Below are positions 63,572 to 64,000 of a DNA stretch of 64,000 bases, piece by piece. The position numbers and the translations under genes are program-made. Source of the DNA: a virus; IMG/VR virus record IMGVR_UViG_3300046484_000054, positions 1-64,000 of that record; one strand, 5' to 3'. The notes under the pieces are model-generated. The model ran no database searches and was not told the origin of the DNA. It saw only the letters and a program-made list of their open reading frames with translations. Position 1 is the first letter of the stretch. The number at the start of each line of letters is the position of its first letter.

Positions 63572-63664
63572 CGCCTCGAACTCAGCCACCGGCGACCGAG
63601 GCGCGTCGCCCGCGAAGGCGGACGGCAAGGCGTAACGCCGGTTGGCTGAAGTGAGTTGTTAGCA
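63566..63664 (+). repeat. attC-like element A20
   Basis: GCCTAAC-GCCTCGAACT-CAGCCA-CCGGCG / CGCCGG-T-TGGCTG-AAGTGAGTT-GTTAGCA. CAGCCA/TGGCTG is compensatory. Confidence 0.8.
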
Positions 63665-63678
63665 GGCGAATTTTAGAT

Positions 63679-63945
63679 ATGAAAACACGACAACAAAACA
63701 TCACGGAACTGAAAGCCGCCATCGTAAAAACCGAGGCTGCTATCACAACGACAAAGACGGCTCTGATGGCAACGGAGGCGCGACTGGAACGCCAGCGGGC
63801 GCATCTGAACACCCAACTCATGCTGAATAAGTTCGACCAGATAGACCAACTGCGCCAGCAAATCAGCGACATCATCGCCGCGAACAAATGGACAGTCACA
63901 ACAGATGGACACATCAACGAACTCGAACAACAGGACAAACAATGA
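63679..63945 (+). CDS. cassette ORF, coiled-coil (88 aa)
   Basis: Starts 15 nt after the A20 right core. Confidence 0.5.
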   Translation: MKTRQQNITELKAAIVKTEAAITTTKTALMATEARLERQRAHLNTQLMLNKFDQIDQLRQQISDIIAANKWTVTTDGHINELEQQDKQ

Positions 63946-64000
63946 TAACCGACCTATCACGCGGAAAGCCTCTGCCGGAAGGCAAGAGCAAAACCTTCAA
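63942..64000 (+). CDS. partial ORF running off the window
   Basis: ATGA-coupled start MITDLSRGKPLPEGKSKTF... Confidence 0.3.
   Translation, partial: MITDLSRGKPLPEGKSKTF

Noticed and set aside
55962-63664. Could the repeated elements be a CRISPR array?
   Set aside because: The repeats are about 100-180 nt, imperfect and internally palindromic with long loops. The intervening segments are 80-700 nt and protein-coding. No cas genes are present.
55962-63664. Purely RNA-level explanation (intercistronic RNase III-type processing sites or translational coupling hairpins)
   Set aside because: Not fully excluded: compensatory stems and one G:T/U pair in A7 would also fit RNA. But an RNA hairpin does not explain why the variable part of each right core matches the left core of the NEXT element over 8-13 nt rather than its own. 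The cassette-recombination reading explains both.
1-64000. tRNA, rRNA and integrase genes
   Set aside because: Intergenic regions were scanned by eye for T-loop-like GGTTCGAATCC-type motifs and ORFs were scanned for tyrosine or serine recombinase signatures. Nothing convincing was found. A tRNAscan or HMM run could still find something I missed.

Overview
The window reads as one segment (at least 64 kb) of a tailed-phage or prophage genome, made of alternating strand blocks. All calls come from reading the six-frame track and the raw sequence by eye; no searches were run.

Layout:
- 1-7337 (-): metallophosphoesterase, small membrane proteins, and three signal-peptide-bearing beta-helix/fibre-like proteins.
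- 7464-8648 (+): a stand-alone TnpB (IS605 OrfB-type RNA-guided nuclease).
- 8764-23087 (+): low-complexity virion-type proteins, an ATP-grasp enzyme and a 2035-aa giant protein.
- 23246-31723 (+): a glycosyltransferase/methyltransferase island.
- 45691-31704 (-): morphogenesis module, in the order portal, scaffold-like, putative major capsid, then large tail or receptor-binding proteins. No tape measure or sheath was seen.
- 45787-49011 (+): large terminase whose Walker-A P-loop is split by a 486-aa LAGLIDADG intein.
- 49406-55962: early and recombination genes (VRR-NUC, GIY-YIG, Sak4-like ATPase, PD-(D/E)xK exonuclease).
- 55962-63664 and running off the window: the most unusual part.

In that last region about 20 structured elements of roughly 100-180 nt sit at the boundaries between small genes. 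Each has an outer RYYYAAC...GTTRRRY core pair and an inner stem that is kept by compensatory changes. Most have a single extrahelical T on the 3' arm. The right core of each element, plus its flank, is perfectly complementary over 8-13 nt to the left core of the next element, not to its own left core. That is the signature of integron-type attC sites and mobile gene cassettes.

No integrase is visible in the window. The ORFs relate to these elements in an atypical way: many start codons lie inside the element loop. Novelty cannot be verified without searches. Functional calls rest on motif recognition and should be treated as provisional.
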